DNA of 64,000 nucleotides from Candidatus Zhuqueibacterota bacterium (GTDB lineage Bacteria > Zhuqueibacterota > Zhuqueibacteria > Thermofontimicrobiales > Thermofontimicrobiaceae): NCBI GenBank assembly GCA_049322915.1, contig JBMOPW010000004.1:64001-128000 (forward strand), written 5' to 3'. The notes beneath the pieces are model-generated. The model saw nothing but the letters and a program-made list of their open reading frames with translations. It ran no database searches and was not told the DNA's origin. Positions within the stretch are counted from its first letter, which is position 1; the number at the start of each line of letters is the position of its first letter. The position numbers were made by a program, and so were the translations under genes. Shown here piece by piece: positions 60,635 to 64,000 of the stretch.

Positions 60635-62122
60635 TTAAAGATCGAAACCGCAGTAAGAAAGATTGTAACTTTTGTTGCACAATGGGAAATCGGATATGCC
60701 TTCGTTTCGCACAGCCAGGGTCAGGGCAAACCAATTATGAAACGACGGGTCTTTAATTTTGTAACGGGATATTTGTCCATTGCAATCTGTAATAACCACA
60801 TGAGCAATTTCACCTCTCCAGCCTTCGGACATCGAGACGACGAAATGTTCCGGTTTAATTTCCCCAATTGGCTGATTGATTTTCCCTCCATTTAAATTTG
60901 CCAGTTGTTCCTGAATAATACTGAGTGACTGCATAATTTCCATGTACCGGATATACGCTCTGGCAAACACATCTCCGGTGCGCAAGGAGTAGGCATAGAC
61001 CGGGAAATAGGCATAGGCCCCACAAGGGAAATCTGCTCTGACATCGATGGGAATCCCACTTGCCCGCGCCGCAGGCCCAACCATGCCAATATCTCTGGCG
61101 GTTTCTTTGGTGACAACGCCGGTTTTTTCAAAACGGGAAAGGACAGATGAGGAAGAAAATAACACTTCAGCAGCCAGTTCTGTTTTTTCTTTTAACTCAT
61201 CGATGATCGCAGTAATTTTTTCCCGTAATTCAGTGGAAATATCATAATAAACGCCCCCGGGAGTCAAAAGTCCCCGGCCAAAACGGCTGCCGCACAATGC
61301 CAGAGAAGTGTTGCAGGCTGTTGTGCGCAGGGCGCTGAACACCGCATTCCCGGTGAGATAGGCAATATCGCCGGCAAGCGCAGAAAGATCGCCCAGATGC
61401 ACTGCCACTCTTTCCAATTCGAGGGCGATGGCGCGAATCAACTCAGCGCGATGGGAAATTTTTGTTCCGCTCAACGACTCAACTGCAGCAGCAAAAGCGC
61501 CGGCATGTCCAATGATGGTATCTCCGGCAATCGATTCGGCTAATTTTAATAGAAAGGTAAAGTTATTTCTCTTCTTTACAAAAAGCTGTTCAACGCCACG
61601 ATGCTGGAATCCCAATTGAATTTCCAGATGATGAACAGTCTCGCCGGTGCAGGAAAATCGGAAATGGCCGGGTTCAATGACGCCGGCATGGATGGGACCA
61701 ACGCCTACTTCATGGACTTCTTCGCCTTCCATGCGAAAAAATGAGTATTGCGTTTCATTATGGTCAATGCCGGCGATGCCGCGCCTCAGCGGTTTAAGCC
61801 AGGGATGTCCTTCGGGTTTGACGCCAAATTGCTCGAATATTTCCCGCTCAAATATATGCAAGGAAGGAGCTTTCGGCGTTAGCGCCGGATATGATTTTTG
61901 AGTTCCCACAACAGCGCCGGCCAGATTCAACAGGGAATGTAAATCATCCGCCAGAATTGCGTACAGGGTGAGTCCTTGTTTGCACTCCGCGCCAAAAAAC
62001 TGGACCAGTCTTTTGCCGTTCCTGATTTTTGAAATAATCTGCTCTCCGAGTTCTTCCATCGAAAGACGTGGAATTTGAGCTAACGGAACAGCCTGTAAAT
62101 TTTTAATCTTGAGCCACTTCAT
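60635..62122 (-). CDS. Ehr large subunit (HyfG/NuoCD-like) lacking NiFe ligands
   Basis: ERE..E.FG..GHP, VGPIHAGVIEPGHFRF, EGWRGE, DPSFHNW and SYNLSYCGFDL; no CxxC pairs. Confidence 0.9.
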   Translation of the reverse strand: MKWLKIKNLQAVPLAQIPRLSMEELGEQIISKIRNGKRLVQFFGAECKQGLTLYAILADDLHSLLNLAGAVVGTQKSYPALTPKAPSLHIFEREIFEQFGVKPEGHPWLKPLRRGIAGIDHNETQYSFFRMEGEEVHEVGVGPIHAGVIEPGHFRFSCTGETVHHLEIQLGFQHRGVEQLFVKKRNNFTFLLKLAESIAGDTIIGHAGAFAAAVESLSGTKISHRAELIRAIALELERVAVHLGDLSALAGDIAYLTGNAVFSALRTTACNTSLALCGSRFGRGLLTPGGVYYDISTELREKITAIIDELKEKTELAAEVLFSSSSVLSRFEKTGVVTKETARDIGMVGPAARASGIPIDVRADFPCGAYAYFPVYAYSLRTGDVFARAYIRYMEIMQSLSIIQEQLANLNGGKINQPIGEIKPEHFVVSMSEGWRGEIAHVVITDCNGQISRYKIKDPSFHNWFALTLAVRNEGISDFPLCNKSYNLSYCGFDL

Positions 62123-62137
62123 ATTTATATAATTTCC

Positions 62138-63571
62138 TTAATGCAAAAATTGTGCAGCCTGGTGCAGCAAATCTAAAACTTTTTCAGGGATATTTACGCC
62201 AATGCCCAGCAGCATAAATAATAAAGCCAATTGCGCCAGATAAGCAAAGACGGAGAGACGACTTGTCGCTTGTATTGAATCTGCTTCATTGAAACACATT
62301 TGGAAAACAACCCGAAGCATTCCAAAAATTACAAAAATGATGAGCAGAAAAAATGGAATAGCGAGCCAGCCCTGGCCATTTTCAAAAAAAGCGGTGATGA
62401 TGAGAAATTTACTTAGAAATATCGGGAAAGGCGGCACGCCTGCAATCGCCAGAATCGATAATAGCCAGAGCCAGCCGGTTAGCGGTTCACGATTCAGAAT
62501 GCCGCGAATGTCTTTGATCATTTTGCTGCCATATAAGCTCAGGATATTTCCAGATGTTAAAAACAGTGCTGATTTGGAAAAAGAATGCGCGGCAGTATGA
62601 AGCATGGCAGCGAAGATGCCGGTCCTGCCCATCGACAGCCCGATAAACAGGATCCCCATGTTTTCGATAGAAGAATATGCCAGCATTCTCTTGTAATTTT
62701 TTATGCCCAGCATGAATACGGCGCTGATAAAGAGCGACAAGAATCCGATGAGTAAAATCAGGTTATTTGAAAAGGAACTTAAATTTGCCTGAATCATAAT
62801 TTCCTGAACTCTGACCAACCCGAGAAATGCCGTGTTCAGCAGGGTTCCGGAAAGCAATGCTGAAACAGGCGAAGGCGCTTCGGAATGAGCGTCCGGCAGC
62901 CAGGCGTGAATGGGTGCAACACCGATTTTGGTGCCGAACCCTACCAGAATGAAAGCGAAGGCCATTTTAAGCCAGAAGGGATTTATTTGCAATGCATTGG
63001 CATATAAATCAGGGAAAAATAAGGTTCCTATGGTTGTCGATCCCATGGATAGAATGACAATGCCGACAAAAGCCAGGGCGATTCCCACTGAGCAGATAAA
63101 GACATATTTCCAGGTCGCTTCGAGGGATGATTTCTTCTTTTCAAAGTTAATGAGGACGGCGCTGGTCAAAGTAGTAGCCTCGACAAAAACCCAGAGCAGC
63201 GCAAGGTGATTGGAAAGAATCACACCGATCATGGCGACCACAAATAGCAGCATAGAAGCTGAGTAGTACGCCTGTCTTCTGGCGTCGACTTCATGTTTTT
63301 GAAAATAAAATATGCTGTAAATGGTTGATCCGATAAAAACTATTGCCATGATGAGTAAAAAATACAAGCCGATCATGTCCAGTCGAAAATATTTTCCCAG
63401 CCACCAGGGCAATTCATAGGATAAAAAGCCCAGCCAGGCGCCAACGCTGAAAATTAAAATGAGCGCTGCGCTCATCAACAAGGCGGAAAGGCTGATCATT
63501 CGATGATGCTTTATCAGCGCCAAAACAGCCAGTATTAGCGGTATGATGAAAATCAGACCAAACATAATCAA
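62138..63571 (-). CDS. hyfF: HyfF-like antiporter-type membrane subunit
   Basis: WVFVEATTL, SLEATWKY, GFGTK.G.AP.HAWLPDAHSEAP and KRMLAYSSIE. Confidence 0.85.
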   Translation of the reverse strand: MIMFGLIFIIPLILAVLALIKHHRMISLSALLMSAALILIFSVGAWLGFLSYELPWWLGKYFRLDMIGLYFLLIMAIVFIGSTIYSIFYFQKHEVDARRQAYYSASMLLFVVAMIGVILSNHLALLWVFVEATTLTSAVLINFEKKKSSLEATWKYVFICSVGIALAFVGIVILSMGSTTIGTLFFPDLYANALQINPFWLKMAFAFILVGFGTKIGVAPIHAWLPDAHSEAPSPVSALLSGTLLNTAFLGLVRVQEIMIQANLSSFSNNLILLIGFLSLFISAVFMLGIKNYKRMLAYSSIENMGILFIGLSMGRTGIFAAMLHTAAHSFSKSALFLTSGNILSLYGSKMIKDIRGILNREPLTGWLWLLSILAIAGVPPFPIFLSKFLIITAFFENGQGWLAIPFFLLIIFVIFGMLRVVFQMCFNEADSIQATSRLSVFAYLAQLALLFMLLGIGVNIPEKVLDLLHQAAQFLH

Positions 63572-64000
63572 TCCTTCAATTGTGTCAAGACCTCGATTTG
63601 GTTGCCGTCGTACATGGCCTGGATTTTATTGAAGAAAATGACCAGTAAGAAAACACCGACAAACAAATCCAGCAGCACGCCAAGATTCACCAGCATGGGC
63701 ATTTCATTGGCAATCGAGAGTGATAGAAGAAAAATGCCATTTTCCATCATCATGAAACACAAGATATGTGTGATAATTCGTTTACGGGTTACAATGAGAA
63801 ACAGGCTGGCGATGATCATGGAAATGGACACGCCAAAATAGAGCGGCTTCACATCTGCCTGCACTCGAGCAGCCCAAAACGCTGTGACAAATGAGAAGAT
63901 GAAAATGGCGCTGGCAATAATCAGGGAGTAAAATTGGGAAATATAAGGTTCAACTTCCCGGCCGATTTCATTTTTTCGAATTGTTCGAAGTAAAAACCAG
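63568..64000 (-). CDS. hyfE: HyfE-like membrane subunit (partial; start lies outside the window)
   Basis: Frame is open to the window end (..REVEPYISQFYSLII..); MENGIFL and EMP..VNLGVLLD. Confidence 0.8.
   Translation of the reverse strand, partial: WFLLRTIRKNEIGREVEPYISQFYSLIIASAIFIFSFVTAFWAARVQADVKPLYFGVSISMIIASLFLIVTRKRIITHILCFMMMENGIFLLSLSIANEMPMLVNLGVLLDLFVGVFLLVIFFNKIQAMYDGNQIEVLTQLKD

Noticed and set aside
60635..62122. Functional NiFe hydrogenase or formate hydrogenlyase large subunit
   Set aside because: Both Ni-binding CxxC motifs are missing.

Overview
A 64-kb window of ordinary bacterial chromosome with no CRISPR array, prophage, integrase or transposase that I can recognise. 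The host is probably a non-Bacteroidota member of the FCB group (KSB1/Calditrichota-like; inferred): it encodes SprA, yet uses Shine-Dalgarno sites and TTGACA-type promoters. Housekeeping genes include tRNA-Leu(TAG)-tig-clpP-clpX-engB, rocD, asnB, monomeric icd, lptF/lptG, chorismate mutase with DAHP synthase, a pullulanase-type GH13, a FabK-like flavoenzyme and part of an Ehr (hydrogenase-4-related) complex. The most notable items are: (1) a sprA - glutaminyl cyclase - exbB - exbD - tonB cluster, which may be a T9SS-type translocon driven by a Ton motor; (2) a sigma-54 promoter driving a candidate anti-Shine-Dalgarno sRNA, a 68-aa unknown protein and a second candidate sRNA, placed between a hybrid kinase and a receiver gene; (3) a complete Phe/Tyr/Trp leader-peptide attenuator, absent from the ORF track, upstream of the aro genes; (4) an ECF sigma / zinc anti-sigma cluster with three exported HEAT-repeat proteins and an outer-membrane DUF5916-like protein, with two matching ECF promoters; (5) nested degenerate palindromic repeats in intergenic regions. 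All calls come from reading motifs by eye; no searches were run.
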